Shown: positions 17,755 to 26,946 of the stretch, piece after piece
Position numbering within the stretch: position 1 is the first letter of the stretch
How the letters are laid out: the number at the start of each line of letters is the position of its first letter
NCBI GenBank assembly: GCA_963767925.1
Contig: CAVYGB010000010.1
Span: 96,001 to 160,000 of the forward strand
DNA: 64,000 bases
Source: an uncultured delta proteobacterium
GTDB taxonomy: Bacteria; Myxococcota_A; Polyangia; Fen-1088
Direction: 5' to 3'
Notes under the pieces: generated by a model
What the model was told of the DNA's origin: nothing
The model's database searches: none
What the model saw: only the letters and a program-made list of their open reading frames with translations
Translations under genes and position numbers: made by a program

Positions 17755-19143
17755 TCACAGCCGCTGCTCGACGTTGAGGTTGAACAGCGTGATCCACTGG
17801 GTGTAGCGCCCACCGCCGTCGGCGCGGCGGGTGGGAGGGGCGGCGTCGCTGAGCTGGCTCTTGCCCCGGTTGTCCCGGGGGAGAAAGTGGAGGTAGCTCA
17901 GCGAGGTCGAGAGCAGCAGGCGGTCGGTCACGGCGAAGCGAACGCCGAGCGCGCCGCTGGCGCTGGGGGCATCGGCCAGCGAGGGGTCGAGGGTCTCGTC
18001 GGGGGTGGCGGCCGTCTCGGCGCCGCCGCCCAGGAACAGCTCGATCCGGGGGCGGGCCCACCAGCTCGCGCCCGCCCGGGCCCCGTAGGTGTCGTTCCAG
18101 CGCCGCCGCAGGTTTTGCAGCACGCCGCTGCCGGCGCTGGCGTCGGCGCCGCTGGCGTCGACCAGGCAGGCCTGGCCGGTCAGGCCCGCGCACTGGGTCT
18201 GCATCACGCTCCAGCGGGTCAGGTCGCCCGACAGCCGCAGCTCCAGCCGGGGGTGAGGGCGGGCGCGCAGGCCCAGCCGGACCACGTCGGGGAGGGCCTG
18301 CACCAGCGTGACCGGGAAGGGGGTCTCCCCGCCCTGGTATTCGGTGGTCAAGGTGCCAGTGAGCCGCATGGGGCCGAGCCCGGGCTGCGCCTGGTAAGAC
18401 CCGGCCAGCCAGAGCCGATCCTGCACCGCCTCGAACATGGCGCCGGCCCCGAAGCTACCGTGCAGGCCCGCCACCTCGAGGGTGGCCCGCCCCTCGCGGG
18501 TGGTGTCGGGCGTCCCGTCACCGGTGAGCGTCTTGGCCTGGCGGGTGCGCATCGACGAGCGGATGAGGTTGCCGCTCGCCCCCAGCGACAGCCGCCCCAG
18601 CCGGTAGGCCAGCGCGACGGTGCCGTAGACGAAGGTGAGGCTGCCCTCGATGCCGTGCCAGCGCTGGACGCCGTCGGCGGCGAGGGGAAAGCTGGGGTGA
18701 TCGCGAAAGCGGTCGTTGCCGCTCCAGCGCGCCCGTCCCCCGAAGGGCACGCTGAGGGAGGCCCCGAGCGCCAGATCGCCCAGCGAGGTGGCCACCCCCA
18801 GCATCGGTCCGCCGAACAGGTTGAGCAGGCTGGCCCGCCCGTAGTTGGCCCCCTCCGTCCCGGCCGGCTCGGCCTCTCCGCCGGCCCCCGGCTCGTGGGT
18901 CCAGGTCGCCCGCCGCAGGGCGAGGGTCCCGTCGCCGTACAGCCGCGTGCCGCTCGCGAAGGCGATGCCGGCGGGGTTGTAGTAGAGGGCGGTGGGGTTC
19001 GTCGCGGTCACGTTGCCGTGTTCGCCGCCGAAGCGGGCCGCCGCGAACCCCGCTGCCTGGACCTGGCCCCCGCCCCCGGCCATCTCCGCCGCCAGAAAGA
19101 TCAGCGAGAGGGGCCGGAAAATGGACCGGAAGACCGTCGGCAA
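17755..19143 (-). CDS. FadL/OmpP1-family outer-membrane transporter
   Basis: AGF hatch start, NPTALYYNPAGIA, SVPFGG, LPD, DLTRWS, WNDTYG, ATPD. TTG start at 19143 is tentative (ORF extends to 19257). Confidence 0.85.
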   Translation of the reverse strand: MPTVFRSIFRPLSLIFLAAEMAGGGGQVQAAGFAAARFGGEHGNVTATNPTALYYNPAGIAFASGTRLYGDGTLALRRATWTHEPGAGGEAEPAGTEGANYGRASLLNLFGGPMLGVATSLGDLALGASLSVPFGGRARWSGNDRFRDHPSFPLAADGVQRWHGIEGSLTFVYGTVALAYRLGRLSLGASGNLIRSSMRTRQAKTLTGDGTPDTTREGRATLEVAGLHGSFGAGAMFEAVQDRLWLAGSYQAQPGLGPMRLTGTLTTEYQGGETPFPVTLVQALPDVVRLGLRARPHPRLELRLSGDLTRWSVMQTQCAGLTGQACLVDASGADASAGSGVLQNLRRRWNDTYGARAGASWWARPRIELFLGGGAETAATPDETLDPSLADAPSASGALGVRFAVTDRLLLSTSLSYLHFLPRDNRGKSQLSDAAPPTRRADGGGRYTQWITLFNLNVEQRL

Positions 19144-19155
19144 GACAGCCCGGAA

Positions 19156-19215
19156 GTTGGTCCAGACGTTGGTCCAGACGTTGGTCCAGACGTTGGTCCA
19201 GACGTTGGTCCAGCC
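19156..19215. repeat. 12-bp tandem repeat (GTTGGTCCAGAC) x4 plus one imperfect copy
   Basis: Read directly from the sequence. Confidence 0.97.
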
Positions 19216-19241
19216 GACGGTTCGGGTCAGGCCGGGCTCTA

Positions 19242-19273
19242 ATTGACTTCTGGTCAATAGCGACGACTATACT
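19242..19273 (+). promoter_or_regulatory. Inverted repeat ATTGAC-N5-GTCAAT overlapping a sigma70-like TTGACT...TATACT
   Basis: AT-rich island between divergent genes. Palindrome at 19242-19258; TATACT at 19268-19273 (19-nt spacer, longer than ideal). Confidence 0.45.
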
Positions 19274-19414
19274 CTCTTCCGCGCGCCTGCCAAGCCACCG
19301 GCGCGGGTCCGGGGGGGCCTGCCAGGACGCAGCGCGGAGGCCACCGCCCCCCCGACAGCGCGGAAATCCGCCCGCGAAGCGGGTAATCTCAGGAGCAGGC
19401 AAAGGAGGGTCGCC

Positions 19415-19723
19415 ATGGCGTTGATGAGCACGCGGGGCTGGGACGACTGGATCGCCGAATACGGCAAGAGCCACCTGCACCCGGCCAACCGGCTCTGCCA
19501 CACCGTCGGGATCCCGCTGATCGCGCTGTCGCTGATCGTGCTGCTGGCCGCCCTGCTCTTCCCGCCGCTGTGGATGGTGGCGCTGGCGCTGTTCGTGGTG
19601 GGCTGGCTCTTCCAGTTCGTCGGCCACGCCTACGAGGGCAAGCCACCCGAGTTCCTCAAGGACTGGCGCTTCCTCTTTGTCGGCCTGCGATGGTGGTGGA
19701 AGAAGATCAGAGGGCTGGCCTGA
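19415..19723 (+). CDS. DUF962/Mpo1-like membrane protein
   Basis: Y..SH.HP.NRLCHTVGIP and GWLFQFVGH.YEGKPP motifs; GGAGG RBS. Confidence 0.9.
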   Translation: MALMSTRGWDDWIAEYGKSHLHPANRLCHTVGIPLIALSLIVLLAALLFPPLWMVALALFVVGWLFQFVGHAYEGKPPEFLKDWRFLFVGLRWWWKKIRGLA

Positions 19724-19747
19724 TCCGCCGCTCCTTGTCGATCCCGA

Positions 19748-20256
19748 CGGGCCTGCATCACCGACCTCGCCGCGGTCGCCACCCGGGCGGTGACCACCGT
19801 CGAGGGGCTGGCCCGGGGCAAGACCTTGCACCCGCTGCTGACCGCCTTCATCGAGAGCGGGGTCATGCAATGTGGCTACTGCACCCCCGGCATGCTCGTG
19901 TCGGCGCTGGGGCTGCTGCAGCGCGACCCCGATCCCGGCGAGCCCGAGACCCGCGGCGCCCTGCAGGGAAACATCTGCCGCTGCGGCACCTACCCGCGCA
20001 ACGTCCAGGCCGTGAAGAGCGCGGTCACGGCCCTGCGCAAGTCCACGGGCAAGCCGATCGGGAAGTACCGCGTCCCCCGCATGAACGACGCGCCGAAGCT
20101 GGAGACGGTCTGGTCGACGGCCGCGACCTCCCCTCGGCGGGCGCGGGCGAGACCCCCATCGTGGCCATCGCCCCCGCCATCGCCAACGCCCTCCTCGCCG
20201 CCACCGGCCGCCGCTCCCGGTCCCTCCCGCTTCGCGGAACCCCCACCCAGGGGTGA
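19748..20256 (+). pseudogene. Remnant of a xanthine-oxidase-family (IorA/IorB-like) oxidoreductase: half a 2Fe-2S domain joined to the extreme C-terminus of the Mo-binding subunit
   Basis: RACIT..VTTVEGL, QCGYCTPGM, GNICRCGTY, then YRVPRMND.P and, after a frameshift near 20110, PSAGAGETPIVAIAPAIANA...TGRRSRSLPL. No N-terminus. Confidence 0.8.
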
Positions 20257-20278
20257 GGGCCCGGCCCGGCAGGGACTG

Positions 20279-21596
20279 CTACAGGCCGGCCAGGCGGCGG
20301 TCGGCGTCGCCGAAGCGGTCGAGCTTGACGCCCATGCGGTCCATGAGCGACAGGTACAGGCTGCACAGCTTGCGGTTGTCGTCGCCGGCGGGCAGGTAGT
20401 CGAGCACGCGGCCGGTCTCGAGCGTGCCGCCCAGGCCGCCGGCGGTGACCACCGGCAGCTTCATGTTGTCGTGCTTCCAGCCGGACCACATGTTCGACAG
20501 GAACATCAGGCAGGAGTTGTCGAGCACGGTGCCCTCCCCTTCCGGCATCGCCTCCAGCCGGGCGGCCAGGTAGGCGAACTGGCCGAGGTGGAAGCGCGAG
20601 ATGCGCTCGTAGCCGTCGGACAGGTCGTCGTGCGAGGCGCCGTGGTGGCCCTCGCGCACGTCGAGGAACGGGTAGTAGAGCGCCGAGAGGTCGCGGCACA
20701 GCAGCAGGGTGGCGATGCGGGTCTTGTCGGTCTGGAAGGCGAGCGCGATGATGTCGCACATCAGCCGCGCGTGCTCGCGCAGATCTTCGGGCAGGCCGTT
20801 GTCGCGGGCGCTTCATGGTGAGCAGCGGGCGGTCCTCGCTGGCGCTGTCCTCGGCCTTGCCCTTGCTCGGTGCGCATGCCGCTCGACGCGCTTCTCGACC
20901 TCGCGCACGCTGGTCAGGTACTCGTCGAGCTTGCCCTTGTCGCTGGCGCTGACCTGGCGGCTGAGGCTGCTGGCCCGGTCCATCACCCGGTCGAGGACGC
21001 TCTGGTTGCGCAGGCTGCCGCGGTTCTCGAACAGGCTGTCGAAGGCCAGCGACGGGTAGACCTCGATCGGCACCGGCGAGTCGGCGCTCTGCCAGGAGAT
21101 GTGCGAGCTGTAGGCCATCGAGAAGTTCGTCTCGTGGTAGCCGGTCATCGGCTGCTCGCAGGCCAGCACCATGCTCGGCTGGGCGGTCTCCTGGCCGACC
21201 TGCTTGGCCAGCACCTGGTCGACGCTGATGCCGGCCTTGATCACCGCGCCCCGCTGCAGCGACGCGCCCGACAGCATGTTGCCGGTCTGGCCGGGGTGGA
21301 TGCCCTCGCCCACCGCCGGCTTGTTGAACAGGCCGTTGATGACGTTGATCTTCTTCTTCACCGGCTCGAGCGGCTGCAGGGTCTTGCCGAGCTTCATCTG
21401 CGGCGCCCTGCCCCTTGGCCCACCAGTGGTTGCCGTTGATGCCGTTGCCCATGAACAGCACCGCGAACCGCTTGGGGAAGGCGCCCGCGGCCCCCGGCAC
21501 CGCCGCCGGACCGGCCAGCGCGGGCATCGACTCCAGCCAGGGCAGCGCCATGGTGACACCGGCGCCACGCAACACCGCTCGTCGGGAGATCTTCAT
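20279..21596 (-). CDS. DUF1552 family protein (frameshifted in this sequence)
   Basis: MKISRRAVLRGAGVTMALPWLESM, ISVDQ, YSSHISW, SVLDRV, KLDEYLTSVREVEKR, AFQTDKTRIAT, EGEGTVLDNS. The reading frame breaks near 21400, 20880, 20866 and 20805. Confidence 0.85.
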
Positions 21597-21599
21597 CGG

Positions 21600-24500
21600 A
21601 GGGGCTCCTTTGCCATCGCTGCTCGCCTCACGGCCTCGTTTGTTCAGGAACTGCGGGCTGGTCACGACGCTCTCCACGAGGCTGCCGAAGCGGTGGCCGT
21701 CGCGGCCAGCCGGGCCCGCATCTGCCCGATGGTGGCGTCGTCGGACAGCATCACGCTCCGCCCCAGCCCGTAGGCCAGCAGCTTGCGCGCAGAGGTTGTC
21801 GAGGAAGTCGTCCTGCCGGCGGGCGCGCAGGTAGGTCCGCAGCCCGGCCAGCCCCTCACCCTCGCCGCCGCCGGGAAGGCTGGCCTTCGCGTCGACCGGC
21901 CGGCCGGCGAGGTCCTGGCGTCCGCTTCTCGCCGACGGGGCCGTAGCCCTCGAAGACCAGGCCGAGCGAATCGAAGCGGGCGTGGCAGGCGGCGCAGGCC
22001 GGGTCCTCGCGGTGCTGGGCCAGCACCTCGCGCAGCGGCAGATCGGCCTTGGCCTCGTCGCGCGGCAGCTCGGGCACCACCGCGGGCGGCGGCGGGATGT
22101 CGCTCGCCGAGGACGTTCTTGACCACCCAGTAGCCGCGCTTGACCGGGCTGGTGCGCAGCCCGGGCGCGTTCTTGGTCAGGAACACCGCCATCGGCAGCA
22201 GGCCGCCGCGGCCGTAGGTGCTCGGCGTCGTCGACCCGCACCCAGCGATCCGACCCGCCGGCCGGCTCGGGCATGCCGTAGTGCCTGGCCAGCGCCGGGT
22301 TGACGAAGGTGTGGCGGCCGTAGAGCAGGTCGAGCACCGAGCGGTCGCCCTGGACGACGTCGACGAGGAAGCGGACCGGCTCCTCGAACATCGCCTGGCG
22401 CAGGTCGTTGTCGAAGGTCGGGGAAGCGCTCGCGATCGACGGCGTTGTGCTCCTCGAAGCGGCGGAAGTCGAGCCAGTTGCCGCCGAACTCGGTGGCCAG
22501 CGCCGCGCACCCGGTCGTCCTTCAGCATGCGCCGGGCCTGGCGCACCAGCACCTCCGGCCGGTGCAGGTCGGCCCGCCCGGGCCTCGGCCAGCAGCTCGG
22601 CGTCGGGCATGCTCGACCAGAGGAAGTAGCTCAGCCGGCTGGCCAGCGCGTGGTCCGACAGCGGCTGCACGCCCGGCCCCCGCTCGACCAGGTCGATGCG
22701 GTAGCAGAAGTCCGGCGACATCAGCACGCTGACGACCGCGTCGCGCATGGCCTCCTCGTGATCGAGGCCGGCGGTTTCCCGCTGCGACCGGTAGTAGGCC
22801 AGCAGGTCCTTCTTCTCCGCGTCCGTCCAGGGGGCGGCGGTAGGCCTGGGCGGCGAACCGGGTCAGGGCCTCCAGGTGCTTGGGCTCGGCCTCGTGGCGG
22901 GCCTTCTCCACCCAGCGGACGGTGGCGTTGACGCTGTCGAAGTGCTCGCGCACCGCCTTCATCGCGACCTCGTTGCCGCTCGGCCGGACCCGGGCCAGGT
23001 AGATCTCCTTGACCTTCTTGATCATCGGCTCGGTGGTGACGTCCTTCGCCTCGTCGTCGCTCGGCGGGGTGACGGCCTTGCCCCCCGACGCCGCGCCCGC
23101 GCCGGCCGGCTCGCTGCCCGCGCCGGGGGCCGAGGCGGCGCCGCGCTTGCGGGCCTCGCCGCTCTCGCTGAAGTAGAACTGCACGTAGGTGCGGCTGGTG
23201 CCGAGCGCGACGTAGTCGAGGTCGTGCCAGAGGGCGTCGAGCTCCTTCTTCCCCTTCTCGTCGAGGATCATCTCGTAGAGGGGCTTGTCGTCGCGGAAGT
23301 AGCCCATCAGGTTGTGGAACCCGGCGCTGAGGTAGCGGCCCTTGTCCCGCGAGGTGTCGAGGTAGTTGCGGCCGCGCTCGGCCACGTAGAAGGCGTCGGG
23401 GAAGACCGCGGCGAAGCGGGCGAAGGCGGCCTCGTAGCGGGCCCGATCGGCCGCCGGCACCTTCAGGTCGGGATCGACGCCCCCCTGGCGGGGGCGCTTG
23501 TCGCCGGCGTCCTCGTCATCGTCGTCGTCCGCATTGGCCGGGCGGGCCCGGACCGCCGGGGCGGCGACCGGATCGGCCTTGCCGTCGATCTGCAGGACGT
23601 TGCGGTCGTAGCTGGTGCGCGCGGCCGCGTATTGCCGGTTCTTCCACATCAGGAAGGGCTGGGCGGTGCCGCGCATGCCCGCCACGCTGAGGGGCTCGAA
23701 GCGGGGCTCGATCTTCTCGCGCAGCCCCGTCACGAAGGCGCGCATGCGCTCGCTGCCGGCGCGGGCCAGGACCCCCCGCGCCTCGCCGGTGACCCCGGCC
23801 GCCGGAGGGGGCAGCTCGCGCCACATGGTCTGCAGCTTGGCGATGGGCCCCACCTGCTCGCGGGTCTCGAGGGTGCGCCAGATCAGCGCCAGGTACTTCG
23901 GGCTCACCTTGGTCTCGGCCGCCACCTGGGCCAGGCTGGCTTTCGGCTTGCCGAGGGCGGCCCGGTGCTTGAACCGCCAGGCGGCGTGAAAGTAATCGGC
24001 GAAGTCGGTGGCGTGGCGCTTGTAGAAGTCGACGATCTGGGTGACGCAGTACTTGTCCCGGTCGGTCTCGACGAGCATCGGGTGGGCGGCGAAGGCCAGC
24101 GTGTCGGGCCGGAACACCAGGTGGTTGGCCACCTCGCGCGCGGCCTGCAGGTACTTGCCCAGCAGCGCCGGCGACATCGCCAGCGACTCGCCCGAGTTGT
24201 CGAAGCCGGCCGGGTTGGCCGGGTCCACCGGGAACTCCCGGGTCGGGCGGATGTCGACCCCGGTCAGATCGCGGATCGTGTAGTTGTATTCGGCGTTGCT
24301 CAGCCGGCGGGCCAGGACCAGCCCCGGATCGCCGGCGTTCTTGCGGGCCTCATGGGTCCGCAGCGCCTCGATCCAGTGGATCACCTGCTGCCGCTCGGCC
24401 TCGGGTGGCTGCTCCGACGTCTCGGGCGGCATCTGCTTGGCCACCAGCCGCTCGAGCAACGTCTCCCACTGGTGGCTGTCGCGCACCACGGTCTCGAGGC

Positions 24501-24699
24501 GGGTGTAGCCGCGCAGATCGAGGTCCGCCTTCGGCTTCTCGCCGCCGTGGCAGCTGTTGCAGTGCCGCTCGAGGAAAGGCTGGACGGTGGCGCCGAGGCC
24601 CCGCTCCAGGTCCCGGACGGACGGGGTGGACGCGCCGGCCGCCCAGGCCGGAGGCGCGAGAAGCAGAAGAGGGACAGCGATGATTGCGCGTAGTGTCAT
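21600..24699 (-). CDS. Planctomycete-type cytochrome c / DUF1587-DUF1592-DUF1588-DUF1585 protein (frameshifted in this sequence)
   Basis: Signal peptide; CNSCH and CAACH haem motifs; RRLSNAEYNYTIRDLTG, GFDN, LASRLSYFLWSSMPD, RTSPVKRGYWV. About nine single-base indels between 22830 and 21700; the stop position is approximate. Confidence 0.85.
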
Positions 24700-24775
24700 G
24701 ACGTTCGGCAACCCGACCTTTACAAAGTGCGCCCAGACCCCACCCAGCTCGCAAGATATTGCCAAGCCGACGCCC

Positions 24776-25660
24776 TCAGCTCCCGCTGGCCGCCTTCAGG
24801 AATCCCTGATCGGCCATCCACTCCTGAAAGCGGCTGGGCCAGCCCGTGATGGCGAGCGGCCGCTCGCGCATCCCGAAGCCATGACCACCCTTGGCGAAGA
24901 TGTGAAGCTCCGCGTTGACTCCGGCTTCGCGCAGCTTCTGGAACACCTCGACCGAGGTGGCGGTGGGCCCCTTGTCGTCGGCCGCCACGCAGATGAAGGC
25001 CGGGGGCGCGTCCTTGGGGATGGGCAACCCCTCGCGCTTGGCGCCGCCGTAGAGCAGGGCCTGGAAGGCGGGCCGGGCGCTCTCCCGGTCAACCGGGTCC
25101 TTGGCCTTTGGATCGCCCGCGTCGTACTGGCCGGCGGCGTGGCTGACGATCTGGGCCCCGGCCGAGAACCCGATCAGGCCGATGCGCTGCGGGTCGAGCC
25201 CCCAGCCCTTCGCGCGCGAGCGCACGAGCCGCAGCGCCCGCTGAGCGTCCTTGACCGCGTGCTCCTCGACCTTGTAGGTCGAGCCCTCCTCGCGGGCCAG
25301 CCGGTACTTCAGGACGAACCCGGCCACCCCCTTGCTGGCCAGCCAGCGAGCCACCGCGTGCCCCTCGTTGTCGATCGACAGGTAGCGGTGGCCGCCGCCC
25401 GGCAAGATGATCACGCTGGCCCCGGTCGCCGTCGCCTTGCTCGGCAGGTAGACCGTCACCGAGGGCTTGTGGATGCTGGCCAGCCGCCGGACGCCGTCGC
25501 TGTTCTCGCGCACGACCTCCTTCTCGGGAGCGGTCTTGCCCTCCGAGCCGGGGGCGCCGTTGCGCCACAGGACCACCTCCTCCGGCGCGGCGTCGGCGGC
25601 CCGCGCCGGCAGCGCGAGCAGGAGCGAACCCGAGATCAGAAGCAGGCTGGTCATCTTCAT
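24776..25660 (-). CDS. Secreted alpha/beta hydrolase (BD-FAE / acetyl-xylan esterase-like)
   Basis: Signal peptide; PGGGH, GFSAG nucleophile elbow, GGHGFG. Confidence 0.9.
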   Translation of the reverse strand: MKMTSLLLISGSLLLALPARAADAAPEEVVLWRNGAPGSEGKTAPEKEVVRENSDGVRRLASIHKPSVTVYLPSKATATGASVIILPGGGHRYLSIDNEGHAVARWLASKGVAGFVLKYRLAREEGSTYKVEEHAVKDAQRALRLVRSRAKGWGLDPQRIGLIGFSAGAQIVSHAAGQYDAGDPKAKDPVDRESARPAFQALLYGGAKREGLPIPKDAPPAFICVAADDKGPTATSVEVFQKLREAGVNAELHIFAKGGHGFGMRERPLAITGWPSRFQEWMADQGFLKAASGS

Positions 25661-25725
25661 TGTGCGAGCTCCGGGGGTGACGAAGGGTCGGAAGCGGGCG
25701 GGTTTCAGCGGCGACAGGGCGTCGA

Positions 25726-26847
25726 TCAGCCGCCCTCGGACGGCGGCAAGAACTTCGCGCAGACGGGCAGCGAGGCCTCGGCGAAGACGCCCGAGGGTTT
25801 GAGGCGGCCGTTGCCGGCGTCGATCCGGCAGGCCAGCAGGCTGTCCGAGCCCTGGTTGGCGATCACCAGGTGCTTGGCCGACGGCTCGATGCCGAAGTGG
25901 CGGGGCGCCTTGCCGCCCGTGCCCTGCTCCTCGACGTAGGTGAGCGTCCCCTTGTCGGGGTCGACGTTGAACAGCACGATGCTGTTGTGGCCGCGGTTGG
26001 AGGCGTAGAGGAACTTGCCCGAGGGGTGGATGTCCACCTCGGCGCAGCTATTGGGACCGTCGTAGTGCTCGGGCAGGGTGCGCAGGGTCTGCAGCTCCTT
26101 GAGCACGCCGGCCTTGGCGTCGTAGGCGAACGCCACAACGGTCGAGTCCATCTCGTTGAGCACGTAGGCGAAGCGGCCGTCGGGGCGAAACACCATGTGC
26201 CTGGGGCCGGCGCCGGGCTTGACCGAGACCGAGGCGGGGTTGTGGGCGGTGAGCTTGCCCCTGGCCCCGTCGAAGCGGTAGGCCATCACCTTGTCGAGGC
26301 CCAGGTCGCACACGAAGGCGAAGCGGTTCTCCGGATCGAGGGTCACGCAGTGGGCGTGGGGGCCCTTCTGCCGGTCGGGGTGCACGCTCTTGCCGCTGTG
26401 CTGGACGACGGCGCTGGGCTCGCCCAGGCGCCCGTCGGCGGCCACCGGCAACACGGCCACGCTGCCGCTGCCGTAGTTGGCGACCAGCACGTTCTTGCCG
26501 GCCTTGTCGAGGACGAGGTGGCAGGGCCCGGTGCCCATCGAGGGGCGCTGGTTGAGCAGGTTCAGCTTGCCGGTGGCGGGGTCGATGGCGAACGCGCTCA
26601 CGGCGCCGGTGGGCTTGCCCTGGAAGGACTCGATCTCGTTGACGGCGAAGACCAGGCGGCGTTTCGCGTCGAGCTCGAGGAAAGAGGGGTTGGGCGACTC
26701 GGCGGCGAGGCCCATCGGCACCAGCGTGATGTTCTGGGAGACCTCCAGGCCGGAGGTCTGCAGCCGGAACAGGTAGATGCCCTTGCTCCTGGCCTTCGTG
26801 TACGTCCCGACGTAAACCAGGGTTTCTTTCATCGCGGCGTTCGGCAT
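25726..26847 (-). CDS. pgl: 6-phosphogluconolactonase (Pgl/YbhE lactonase beta-propeller)
   Basis: YVGTYT, NPSFL, GPCH, ANYGSGS, PHAHC, DLGLD, GAGPRH, YASNRGH, PRHF. Confidence 0.9.
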   Translation of the reverse strand: MPNAAMKETLVYVGTYTKARSKGIYLFRLQTSGLEVSQNITLVPMGLAAESPNPSFLELDAKRRLVFAVNEIESFQGKPTGAVSAFAIDPATGKLNLLNQRPSMGTGPCHLVLDKAGKNVLVANYGSGSVAVLPVAADGRLGEPSAVVQHSGKSVHPDRQKGPHAHCVTLDPENRFAFVCDLGLDKVMAYRFDGARGKLTAHNPASVSVKPGAGPRHMVFRPDGRFAYVLNEMDSTVVAFAYDAKAGVLKELQTLRTLPEHYDGPNSCAEVDIHPSGKFLYASNRGHNSIVLFNVDPDKGTLTYVEEQGTGGKAPRHFGIEPSAKHLVIANQGSDSLLACRIDAGNGRLKPSGVFAEASLPVCAKFLPPSEGG

Positions 26848-26946
26848 GACCGGATACTCTAGCGCCGCTACGAACGTTGAGGGAATACCCGCGCAGCAGC
26901 CGGCGGCGGGGCGTCTTTTTACCTGCCACGCCGCGGGCCGCCGGGG

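Noticed and set aside
19156..19215. CRISPR array
   Set aside because: The 12-bp units are contiguous with no spacers, and there are no cas genes.
20025..22748. Single 907-aa DUF1592-DUF1552 fusion protein
   Set aside because: It is a patchwork of in-frame and out-of-frame segments created by the indel cluster. DUF1552 has its own AAAGGAG RBS and ATG at 21596.
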